In this document: positions 50,811 to 59,923 of the stretch, one piece after another
Position numbering within the stretch: position 1 is the stretch's first letter
Layout of the letters: every line of letters starts with the position of its first letter
NCBI GenBank assembly: GCA_951813565.1
Contig: OX638351.1
Span: forward strand, 4,717,506 to 4,781,505
DNA: 64,000 bases
Direction of reading: 5' to 3'
From: an uncultured Poribacteria bacterium
Lineage (GTDB): Bacteria; Poribacteria; WGA-4E; WGA-3G
Program-made: the position numbers and the translations under genes
Notes under the pieces: model-generated
Database searches by the model: none
What the model was told of the DNA's origin: nothing
Seen by the model: only the letters and a program-made list of their open reading frames with translations

Positions 50811-50947
50811 AAAAACCCGCGACGATATGCCTCGTTTGATAACGAAGCACGTGCGGGCACAAAAATATCGCAGCATATAAATCCTGCAATAAGACCTTGT
50901 GATATATATGAAAAATTAACGAATTTTCGGGGGGGGGGGGGGGGGGG
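50811..50947 (-). ncRNA. Candidate cis-regulatory leader/attenuator, copy 2 (C19 tract)
   Basis: Homologous to 30464-30587; lies inside leader ORF 50686-51066. Confidence 0.65.
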
Positions 50948-51141
50948 TATAATGAAGCTCTGGTTAAAACAAATCCAGCGGGTATTGTGCAAAAACAATC
51001 CTGTTCAGAAAGTAGGAACCCTACGAACTTATTTCCGATTGACGATTTCGCATATCTATACTTCATTTTATCCTCAGGTATCCAGTACTAAACTGCGTGG
51101 CATTATAATATTCTATTCGCGTCATGCGATTTGTAAAATTC

Positions 51142-51170
51142 ATTATACTTAACATCTTGTAGAATGTCAA
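51142..51170 (-). promoter_or_regulatory. Consensus sigma70 promoter upstream of leader copy 2
   Basis: TTGACA-17 bp-TATAAT, perfect match. Confidence 0.8.
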
Positions 51171-51513
51171 CTTTTCTTGAAAATGGGTGTGTAAATATTT
51201 TGGCATTAACCATGTCATTTTCTTGTTGGAGGGCTTCGTCCGCCCGATAAATCCAAATCAACGCCTCATGCGCGTATGGCATTCACATTAAACACCGCTA
51301 ACCTTAAGAAAATGTCCAGGTGTTTTTAGATTTTACTGTAATCTGAAAGTATAGAGCTGGACACCTGTTCTTACAGAAGATAGGCATTTAACAAACGATT
51401 GAAAATATGGAGAACTAAATGACCTGTGAAATTGAGTATGTAAAATTGCCATGAAGAATTACGGAGACTGTGTGTCGGACATGAATGTGCGGATTCGAGG
51501 TCATACTCATTAT

Positions 51514-53172
51514 TTATCTTCTTTCCTCTATGACAAGCACTTGATTCGGCTTAACGTTTTTAAAGGTTTCAATATGTCCACAAACCCAGTGAACTGTAAC
51601 TGAGCCAACCTGCTTGATATCTCCTAATCCGAAGTGTAGGCGTAAGTCGTTCTGACTAAGATAACCCGATCCGCTTTTGACCTCTCTTATTTGTGACGAT
51701 TTACCTGCCGTAACAGTCACACGTGCCCCAATCGCATCACGCGTACAATGTGTGCCAACCAACTTTAGACTTAACCAATTCCCAAAATTACCGCCATCAT
51801 TCCGTAAAACGGTAGGACTATCTTTCAAATTAGCGACAACTATATCTATGTCGCCATCATTATCAATATCTCCGAACGCTGCACCGCGACTTACCTTTGG
51901 TGGCACATTGACTTCAGCTATTTCAAAGATGGTACCCCGATTGTTCCAAAAAAGTTGATTTACTTGGGCATACTTGCCAACTGGATCAATCTCCGCGATA
52001 TTGTCATCAAGGTGACCGTTAGCGACGAACAGATCAAGCCAACCATCATTGTTAAAATCCACAAAATCGACACCCCATGCCAAATAGGGCAAACTCTTTT
52101 CACCTATTCCTGTGGCGAAGCTAAGATCGTTGAAAAACCCGTTTTGTGAGTTATGATACATGTTATTCACTTGGTCTTGAAAGTTAGTTATAACGATATC
52201 CAAAAAACCATCGTTGTCAAAATCACCGAGGTTAGCACCCATGCCGCTAAAGGCGCGTCCATCTTCACTCAAGGCAACCCCTGCGAAAAGTGCATCTTCA
52301 GTAAATGTTCCGTTGCCATTGTTTAGATAGAGAAGATTGGGAGTGGTATCATTTGCAACAAAGATGTCAATGGCACCATCATTATCAACGTCACCGCAAA
52401 CAACACCCAATCCTTTGCCAGGTAATGCAGTAATCCCTGCTTTTTTTGTCACATCAGTAAATGTTCCGTTGCCGTTGTTATGGTAAAGTCTATCTGATTC
52501 ACCTTCAAGGGCTTCAGGGGTACAATAAGTTCGAATACCATTTCGCGAGCATATCGGATTCGCATCCAGGTCAAATTTGACATAGTTGACAACATAGAGG
52601 TCCAAATGCCCATCTGCATCATAATCAAGAAACGCACACCCGCTGCTGAGTTGATTGCCGCCAATGCCTGTGTGACCAGTTACATTTGAGAACGTACCGT
52701 CTCCATTATTTTCATAAAGCACATTCGGGCCGTAGTTTGTTACATAGATATCCATGTAGCCATCGTTGTTGTAATCACCTACGCAACATCCTAAACCGTA
52801 ACCTGTGTCACCTACAGACGCTGCAGATGTCACATCAACATATTTACCATTATCATTGCGATAAAGCGTATTTTTAGAGGCAGTTGGAGAGGCTGTACTG
52901 GTTAAATCTCGCCCATTCACGAGATAAAGATCTAAATCGCCATCGTTATCAAAGTCGATGAGTGCGATTCCTCTTCCGAGTGGTTCAATGAAGTATTTTT
53001 TCCCACTTTCGCCATTTACATCATAAAATTGGATACCGATTTCTGTTGTAACATCAGTAAACCGTACTTTTTCATTTTTATAAGTAGCTTCCTGTGCCTT
53101 GCAACTGTTTCCTTCGGATATCAATAACGCGATAGACAATATCGTGAGAAATATTAAATGTTTATACTGCAT
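51514..53172 (-). CDS. CRTAC1-family protein (FG-GAP repeats + ASPIC/UnbV)
   Basis: Repeated D.DNDG..D motifs; C-terminal 'DAIGARV..SGSGYLSQND.RLHFGLG'; start at ATG 53172 gives a signal peptide. Confidence 0.92.
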   Translation of the reverse strand: MQYKHLIFLTILSIALLISEGNSCKAQEATYKNEKVRFTDVTTEIGIQFYDVNGESGKKYFIEPLGRGIALIDFDNDGDLDLYLVNGRDLTSTASPTASKNTLYRNDNGKYVDVTSAASVGDTGYGLGCCVGDYNNDGYMDIYVTNYGPNVLYENNGDGTFSNVTGHTGIGGNQLSSGCAFLDYDADGHLDLYVVNYVKFDLDANPICSRNGIRTYCTPEALEGESDRLYHNNGNGTFTDVTKKAGITALPGKGLGVVCGDVDNDGAIDIFVANDTTPNLLYLNNGNGTFTEDALFAGVALSEDGRAFSGMGANLGDFDNDGFLDIVITNFQDQVNNMYHNSQNGFFNDLSFATGIGEKSLPYLAWGVDFVDFNNDGWLDLFVANGHLDDNIAEIDPVGKYAQVNQLFWNNRGTIFEIAEVNVPPKVSRGAAFGDIDNDGDIDIVVANLKDSPTVLRNDGGNFGNWLSLKLVGTHCTRDAIGARVTVTAGKSSQIREVKSGSGYLSQNDLRLHFGLGDIKQVGSVTVHWVCGHIETFKNVKPNQVLVIEERR

Positions 53173-53407
53173 AAGATGTATATGTGTAATGGAAAAAAGA
53201 GGATAATTGTATAAAGGAGATAGGACCCACTTTTTGTGAGACAACTTTTTGAATATAGAGGTACTTTGAAATTTGGGAAAATCCTGAAATTGATTAAAAA
53301 TTTTAATGTTCACGTTAGCGTACAACGCATTTTTTTATAGAATCTGATATAATATACAGAAAAATATTTTTATGGGCAAATTTGTATAGCGGTGTTCGGA
53401 TTGAATA

Positions 53408-53846
53408 TATAGTAAAACCTATAATTAATGGGACACTTCTGTAGTGCAAACTTTATGAAGATTAATTTATTAATTCGGTCCTTCTGATCTCTTTTCTGTC
53501 TGAATCACGGATTATCGCGGAGAACGCAGAGGACGCGGAATTAAGAGTTTCTTTGTTACCGACCCGTCTCTTGCGAAAGGAAATGTAGCAGACACAAAAG
53601 CATTTTCCGCGTCCTCTGTGTTCTCTGTGCCTTCCGCGATTCAGACAACCAGATAATGCACCTCATACAAGAAAAACATAAAACAAGATGTCTATCGTTA
53701 GAAAATTACCGAAATATATTCTTAATCTTCATTTAGTTTGCGTCTCATAAGGCACAAACTAAAAGTTTGTGCTACAACTTCTATTGTCCATTATCTTTCC
53801 AAGACAAGTTTATCAAAGTGTCCCAATAATTTCAAAGTTCACTATA
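53408..53846. repeat. MITE copy of 25878-26037 interrupted by a 278-bp second MITE (53455-53732)
   Basis: Removing ATGAAG..CTTCAT restores the other copy with one extra T. Confidence 0.85.
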
Positions 53847-53848
53847 AT

Positions 53849-54460
53849 TTAGTCTTGTGCATCCCTACTGAACGCAGTTTCAAAGCGTTGCCGCAATATA
53901 TCTGGGCTGGTATGCATATAGATAAGCGTTGCGTCTAAACTTGTGTGTCCTAATGCAATGCGTACCGATTCTAAATCGTGCGTAGCGCGATAGAGTTCTG
54001 TGCCGAAGGTATGGCGTAAATCGTGGGGGGTGAATCTTAGCCCTAACATTGCTGATGCTGCTTCCATGATTCGCTGAAAGTCTCGGGGTGCGAGGCGGTT
54101 TTTTGTGCGGAGCGTGCAAAACAGGGGACTGTCCACATCGTCTTTTTCGCCTTGTTCAGTTTTCCACATTAAGAAATCGTGGAGTGCGTCTCGGACATCG
54201 TTGACGAGAGGAAGTCTCCTTGAAACCTTATTTTTTGCGATTTCTGACCGGACTTCTAACGTAGTAACAATGTTTCCAAATTTGAGCACATCCCCGATAT
54301 TCATGCCGCATGCCTCAGCGTTTCGGAGTCCTGTTCGGAGGCAAAAGAGTACGAGCATTCTATCGCGTTCTCTATTTTTGAGTGTTTCTAAAAGGATTCT
54401 CTGTTGTAATTCGTCGAGTACTCGGGGTTGTTGTACTTTTTTTCTTTTTGATTTCGCCAT
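53849..54460 (-). CDS. Tyrosine recombinase, catalytic-domain-only (~200 aa)
   Basis: R (TGLRNAE), K, HxxR (HDLRHTF), H (LGH), Y (IYMH) all present; no N-terminal core-binding domain; RBS GGAG. Confidence 0.9.
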   Translation of the reverse strand: MAKSKRKKVQQPRVLDELQQRILLETLKNRERDRMLVLFCLRTGLRNAEACGMNIGDVLKFGNIVTTLEVRSEIAKNKVSRRLPLVNDVRDALHDFLMWKTEQGEKDDVDSPLFCTLRTKNRLAPRDFQRIMEAASAMLGLRFTPHDLRHTFGTELYRATHDLESVRIALGHTSLDATLIYMHTSPDILRQRFETAFSRDAQD

Positions 54461-54522
54461 TTGGCTCTCCATAAAAATTTGACGATTTTGATTGTATCAT
54501 TTTTCGTTTTCAGGGTCAACAT

Positions 54523-54558
54523 TTTAATGACGTTTTGCACGTACAATACGTCATTAAA
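54523..54558. promoter_or_regulatory. 36-bp near-perfect palindrome upstream of the recombinase
   Basis: TTTAATGACGT-TTTGCACGTACAAT-ACGTCATTAAA. Confidence 0.55.
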
Positions 54559-54983
54559 TGCCTGTACAGTTACATTTCGTATTCTGTTATTTCTATTTTC
54601 CAACCGTTACCTGTTACAAATTTTTTTGATCTAACCCGCCGACAAAAATGTTGCATTTGCACTCGCAATGGTGTATGCTAATTAAAAATAATTTTTTCAC
54701 CCGTTTGTTCCATTTTTTAATTTCATATAACCTCGTCAAAAATTTGGTGTGTTTTCTTATCCCGCACATTTTCATGTCTATCTTATTTCTGTACAGGTAA
54801 CACCTTAAATATATTTGTGCCAATTCGTTCCATTTAACAGTTTATGTTTCCCATGTGGGATATACGTTTAATTAAGGTCCGTCTGTCAATGTTAATTTTT
54901 CAGATTGTATTTCACAAACCATTTATACTTTATAAATCTAATTCACTTCTTCAATCCAATATTTTCGAACAGGAGGAATCGTC

Positions 54984-55997
54984 TTGAAAAAAAAGTGGCG
55001 TCTTCTTATCCCTATTTTTCTTACATGCCTAATAATTATAGAAACCACCCCCGCAGCAATTAAGGTCGGTTTAATTTACGATGTGCGCGGTCGAGGTGAT
55101 CTCTCTTTTTGTGACGCTGCATACACAGGTGCTAAAAAAGCTGCTGATAAATGGGATATTAAACTTACCGAGGTTAATCCCGGACAAAGCACCGATACGG
55201 AAATAACATTGCGCCGTCTCGCAAAATTGAAATACGATCTCATCATCGGTGTCGGTTTCCTTTTTAGAGAACCGATGAACCGTGTTGCAGTTGATTATCC
55301 AAATGTCAACTTCGCACTGATTGATGCTGAAGCTGAACCTGACAATGTGGCATCACTTATTTATAAGGCGCATGAGGGGACGTTCCTCGCTGGTGTCATC
55401 GCAGCATTAAAAACAGATACAAAAAAGGTGGGGTTTGTCGGCGGTATGAAGATTCCACTCGTTGAAGCATTTGAAATCGGATTTGCGGCTGGCATAAAAG
55501 CAACTAACCCAGAGATTGAACTTCTTGTCAATTATGTTGGCGTTACCCCGCAAGCTTTTGATGACCCGGCAAAAGGAAAAGAATTAGCACTCGCACAATA
55601 TAATAAAGGGGTAGATATTATTATTGCAGCTGCTGGGGCAAGCGGATTAGGTGCGCTTGAAGCAGCGAAACAGACAAACAAATATATTATTTGGGTGGAT
55701 TCAAATGGGAACGGTTTAATTCCGGGTCAGGTACTCACAAGTATTATTAAAGGTGTAGAATTGTCTGTTTATCAGATGATAGAAAATGTTGTGTCCGGAA
55801 CTTTCACAGGTGGGCTAAAGAATTATGGTTTAAAAGAGGGTGGTATAGAATATATTGTTGATGAAGACAACAAAACGTTGTTATCTGAAGATATTTTGAA
55901 AAAGGTTGAGGAATTTAAGGCAAAGATTATTGCAGAAGAAATTGTGGTGCCGCATCTGCGTTCGCAAACCAAGTCAACCGAGAAAAAGAGGAAATAA
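54984..55997 (+). CDS. BMP-family (nucleoside) ABC transporter substrate-binding protein
   Basis: 'GRGDLSF', 'IIGVGF', 'EGTFLAG', 'FVGGM', 'F.DP.KG', 'AAG.SG.G', 'YGLKEGG'. Confidence 0.9.
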   Translation: MKKKWRLLIPIFLTCLIIIETTPAAIKVGLIYDVRGRGDLSFCDAAYTGAKKAADKWDIKLTEVNPGQSTDTEITLRRLAKLKYDLIIGVGFLFREPMNRVAVDYPNVNFALIDAEAEPDNVASLIYKAHEGTFLAGVIAALKTDTKKVGFVGGMKIPLVEAFEIGFAAGIKATNPEIELLVNYVGVTPQAFDDPAKGKELALAQYNKGVDIIIAAAGASGLGALEAAKQTNKYIIWVDSNGNGLIPGQVLTSIIKGVELSVYQMIENVVSGTFTGGLKNYGLKEGGIEYIVDEDNKTLLSEDILKKVEEFKAKIIAEEIVVPHLRSQTKSTEKKRK

Positions 55998-56000
55998 TTT

Positions 56001-56960
56001 GTGGATCGACTCAAAATTGTTGTTCCCGGTGACGCACCGCCCCAAATTCAAGGATCGCCGCATCTGGAACGTTTAAAACCTTATGGCGACGTTGAAGTAT
56101 ATACGGATCGTCCAGAAACTGCAGAAGAAAAAGTCCGCCGTGCTGAAGATGCGGATATTCTCATTAATTCACGCGGAATGGTAAAATGGCACGCAGATGT
56201 ATTACCATATCTGCCAAAACTAAAACTCATCTCACTCTGCTCAATTGGCACTGATATGATTGCACTTGATGCGGCAAAAAAGAGAGGGATCGTTGTTTGT
56301 AATCAGCCCGGCAGAACTGCCCCTATTGTTGCAGAACACAGCTTCGGTTTAATGTTTGCGCTCGCGAAACGTGCCGCTTTTATGACTACATCTATGCAAG
56401 TGGGGAAATGGCCGCGTATGGATAACGTTTATTTGCAAGGTAAAACGCTTGGGATTGTCGGCACAGGACACATCGGTTCGGAGATGGCACGCCTCGCTAA
56501 ATCAATCGGGATGAACGTTATCGCATGGACATATCATCCGTCTGCTAAACGTGCGAAACAACTCGGCATCCGATATGTTTCTTTTGAGGATCTGCTGCGG
56601 ATGTCTGATGTTGTAAGTCTACACGTTAAATTGACAGATGATAGTTTTCATCTTATCGGGGAACGCGAACTTGCATTGATGAAACCGAATGCGCTTTTAA
56701 TTAATGTAGCACGTGGACAAATAATTGACACAGACGCACTTGTTCATGCACTAAACAGCGGACACCTTGGCGGCGCTGCGATTGATGTTTATGAACAGGA
56801 ACCGCCTCCCGCAGATCACCCGCTTTTAACATGTGAACAGGTAATTTTAACGCCGCATTGCGCTGATATGACGCCCGAAGGTGTTGACCTGCTTAATGAA
56901 GGCGCGGTTGACAATATCATCTCTTTTTTAGAAGGCAACCCGAAAAACGTGGTTGTGTGA
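56001..56960 (+). CDS. D-isomer-specific 2-hydroxyacid dehydrogenase
   Basis: VAEH, GIVGTGHIG, INVARG, DVYEQEP, TPH. Confidence 0.92.
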   Translation: MDRLKIVVPGDAPPQIQGSPHLERLKPYGDVEVYTDRPETAEEKVRRAEDADILINSRGMVKWHADVLPYLPKLKLISLCSIGTDMIALDAAKKRGIVVCNQPGRTAPIVAEHSFGLMFALAKRAAFMTTSMQVGKWPRMDNVYLQGKTLGIVGTGHIGSEMARLAKSIGMNVIAWTYHPSAKRAKQLGIRYVSFEDLLRMSDVVSLHVKLTDDSFHLIGERELALMKPNALLINVARGQIIDTDALVHALNSGHLGGAAIDVYEQEPPPADHPLLTCEQVILTPHCADMTPEGVDLLNEGAVDNIISFLEGNPKNVVV

Positions 56961-56995
56961 CGATAAATCGGATAAACAGACTGTTACCTTAATAT

Positions 56996-57805
56996 ACTAT
57001 AGTTTGGACAATTTTTAGAGTTCTTAGGTAATAGTCTGCCTTAAAAGAACAACTCTTGACATCAATATCGGTTTATTGATACACCTTTCGCCCCGCTGGG
57101 GCTAAAGAGGGTTTGTTCACGATGTTTCTATAAACATTCCGCCCCGACAAATGCCATACGGGGAATGCCAAAAGGCATTCATACCCGGTGAATGACTAAA
57201 GACGAATGCGCTTGGTAGAATACGCTTTTGGTATTCTACATGATTCGCCATGATTCATACCGTTGATTTCTTGATTTGGCGCATTTGGCGTTGATTTGGC
57301 TGGGGCTGCTCTTATTTGCCATGAGGATCTTTTTCTGTGAGTTACGTCCCCGTGAAAAACTCAACGAAAAATGAGAAATACTTGAAAACAGACCATGAAA
57401 TAGTAGTTCGTCCGTCGGGTAGAGCGAATGCGAAACCCATAGGTGTCAACTTAAAGAAATTTACGCGTGCTAAATACCCAACTTATGAGATGACGATAGG
57501 TGCGCGTTGTAAGTGCGCTGTTTTATCTTCCTGTAGGAGCGACCTCCTGGTCGCGACATATTACGAACGGTCGCGAGCTGGAGATCGCTCCTACAAGAAG
57601 AAAATCGAGCGGACAAGGTTTCCCTCCCACAAGAGAAAATCCAGCATTTTTTCTTAAGTTTACACCTATGGGTAGAGCGACTGCGAAACCCGACACGTTT
57701 ACTCCATGTCGGATTTCGCATTCGCTCTACCCGACCTACACCCCACCCACAGACAAAACAGATGAAACTCAATTTCACCAAGACAAAAATTGTCCAAACT
57801 ATAGT
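56996..57805. mobile_element. 810-bp non-autonomous element with perfect 21-bp IRs, 6-bp target duplication and nested repeats
   Basis: ACTATAGTTTGGACAATTTTT / AAAAATTGTCCAAACTATAGT; TAATAT at 56990-56995 and 57806-57811. Confidence 0.85.
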
Positions 57806-57811
57806 TAATAT

Positions 57812-59839
57812 ATGCAGAAACAGAAAGTTATAAGAAAAATTGGCGTTGACACGGGCGGCACTTTCACCGACATCATCATGTCTGTGGAAGATTCTATTTG
57901 GACACATAAAGTGCTTTCCACACCACGCAATCCTGCTCACGCTGTTATAAAAGGTGTGAGTGAAATATTGAATACTCACAACATAGATTCTTATGACAAT
58001 GTAGATATTGTTCACGGTTCTACTGTTGCTACAAACGCCCTACTTGAACGTAGAGGCGCACGTATTGCCCTTGTTACCACAAAGGGTTTTGAAGATGTTT
58101 TAGAAATCGGAAGGCAGGCGCGCCCCAATCTCTACGATATATTTGTCGAACGCCCCGCACCACTTGTGTCTGCAGAACGCCGATTCGGTGTCCGAGAACG
58201 AACATTGCATACGGGTGAAATTCAAACTGAAATTTCTTCCTCCGATCTTGAGACACTCGCAACACGTCTCGCAACGTTAAATTTAGATGCGATTGCGATA
58301 TGTTTCCTTTTCTCTTATGTCAATCCGAAAAATGAACAGATTGTCGCAGATTATCTCGCAAGTCTCAATATACCGATTTCATGTTCTTACGAAATCCTGC
58401 CCGAATACCGTGAGTATGCGCGTTTTAGTACCACTGTTGCGAATGCATATATCCGTCCCACGTTGGAAAGGCATCTATCTACGCTTACCGAATCGGAGCG
58501 TTTTCCCAAGTCCTTTCGTTTGATGCTCTCAAACGGTGGTTGTATCTCTACAAGGAATTTTAAATCTGCGGGTATCCAAACGGTGCTTTCTGGACCCGCT
58601 GGTGGCGTTATCGGTGCGTACCACGTCGCCAAAACTGCAGGATATGAAAAGATTATCACTTTTGATATGGGTGGAACTTCTACGGATGTCAGTCTGTGTG
58701 ATGACGGCATCTCTATGACAACTGAAAGCACAATCAGCGGTTTGCCGATTAAAGTGCCGTTAATTGACATCCATACTGTCGGTGCTGGCGGCGGTTCTAT
58801 CGCCACTGTGGATTCGGGGGGTGCGTTACGCGTCGGTCCTGAAAGTGCAGGGGCTGACCCCGGACCGATATGTTACGGTAACAACGGAAAAGAAATTACT
58901 GTGACTGATGCTAATCTATTTTTAGGACGTATTTCACCAACGCAGTTTTTAGGCGGACAGATGTCGCTTGCTTATGATGCTACGCAACAATATATTGAAA
59001 AGTTTGCTGATCGTATCGGACTGTCGGCACTTGAAACTGCAGATGGTATTTTAAAGATTGCCAACGCAGCAATGGAACGTGCTATCAAAGTAATATCTGT
59101 TGAACGCGGGTTTGATACACGTGATTTTACGCTCGTGTCATTCGGTGGGGCAGGCGGGTTGCACGCCGCATTTCTTGCTGAAAACCTCGGAATAGGTACT
59201 GTACTTATTCCACCAAACGGGGGTTTGCTCTCTGCTTACGGTATGCTATTTGCCGATGTTGTCAAGGATTACTCACAGACGGTGTTATGGAAAACTGAAG
59301 GTAGTGGCATGGATTTACACAAACAATTAGAGAACGGTTTTGACGCGCTGCTCATCCGCGCAAAGAGCGATATGGAATCGGAAGGGTTTGATTTATCACA
59401 ACTCAATATCAAACGTTCACTGGATATGCGGTATGAGGGGCAATCTTATGAGTTGAATGTGTCTTATATAGATGTGGATACGGATTTTGTGCGTCAATTT
59501 CATGCCATGCACGAACAGCGATTTAGTTATGCACGTCCTGAGGCAACGGTTGAGGTGGTAACCCTACGCCTCTCTGCCATCGGTGAAACTGAAAAACCAG
59601 CTCGGACTTCTGAACCGCTGACAGATGCTGACCCTTCCGATGCTCGAATATCGCAAAACAGTGTTATCTTTGATGGTGATGTTTATCCAACTGACTTTTA
59701 TCAACGGGAGTCGCTGCGTCCCGGTAATCGGATACAGGGTCCGGCAATTATAACAGAATTCAGCGCGACGACTGTTGTCCCACCCAATTTTTTTGGTGCT
59801 GTTGATGTGTATGGGAATCTGATTTTGGAGCAGAGGTAG
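57812..59839 (+). CDS. Hydantoinase A / oxoprolinase family subunit
   Basis: DTGGTFTD, HGSTVATNALLE, SGPAGG, DMGGTSTD, GAGGGS, GP.SAGA.PGP.CYG, RYEGQSYE. Confidence 0.95.
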   Translation: MQKQKVIRKIGVDTGGTFTDIIMSVEDSIWTHKVLSTPRNPAHAVIKGVSEILNTHNIDSYDNVDIVHGSTVATNALLERRGARIALVTTKGFEDVLEIGRQARPNLYDIFVERPAPLVSAERRFGVRERTLHTGEIQTEISSSDLETLATRLATLNLDAIAICFLFSYVNPKNEQIVADYLASLNIPISCSYEILPEYREYARFSTTVANAYIRPTLERHLSTLTESERFPKSFRLMLSNGGCISTRNFKSAGIQTVLSGPAGGVIGAYHVAKTAGYEKIITFDMGGTSTDVSLCDDGISMTTESTISGLPIKVPLIDIHTVGAGGGSIATVDSGGALRVGPESAGADPGPICYGNNGKEITVTDANLFLGRISPTQFLGGQMSLAYDATQQYIEKFADRIGLSALETADGILKIANAAMERAIKVISVERGFDTRDFTLVSFGGAGGLHAAFLAENLGIGTVLIPPNGGLLSAYGMLFADVVKDYSQTVLWKTEGSGMDLHKQLENGFDALLIRAKSDMESEGFDLSQLNIKRSLDMRYEGQSYELNVSYIDVDTDFVRQFHAMHEQRFSYARPEATVEVVTLRLSAIGETEKPARTSEPLTDADPSDARISQNSVIFDGDVYPTDFYQRESLRPGNRIQGPAIITEFSATTVVPPNFFGAVDVYGNLILEQR

Positions 59840-59854
59840 TTTTGTCCAAATTGA

Positions 59855-59884
59855 TTGACTTCTAATGTAGTATTGTGGTAAACT
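59855..59884 (+). promoter_or_regulatory. Putative sigma70 promoter of mod-res
   Basis: TTGACT-18 bp-TAAACT with extended -10 TG. Confidence 0.45.
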
Positions 59885-59923
59885 TCAACTTGTGAATCAC
59901 AATCCTTTTAGCGGAGTTAACCT

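Noticed and set aside
53849..54460. Integron integrase with intergenic hairpins as attC sites
   Set aside because: Too short, no IntI-specific insertion, and the repeats are dispersed rather than in a cassette array
57337..58015. ORFs of 102-181 aa in the 57-kb gap (also 26039-26294 and 48592-49052)
   Set aside because: They lie mostly within MITE/REP repeats and show no protein-like motifs
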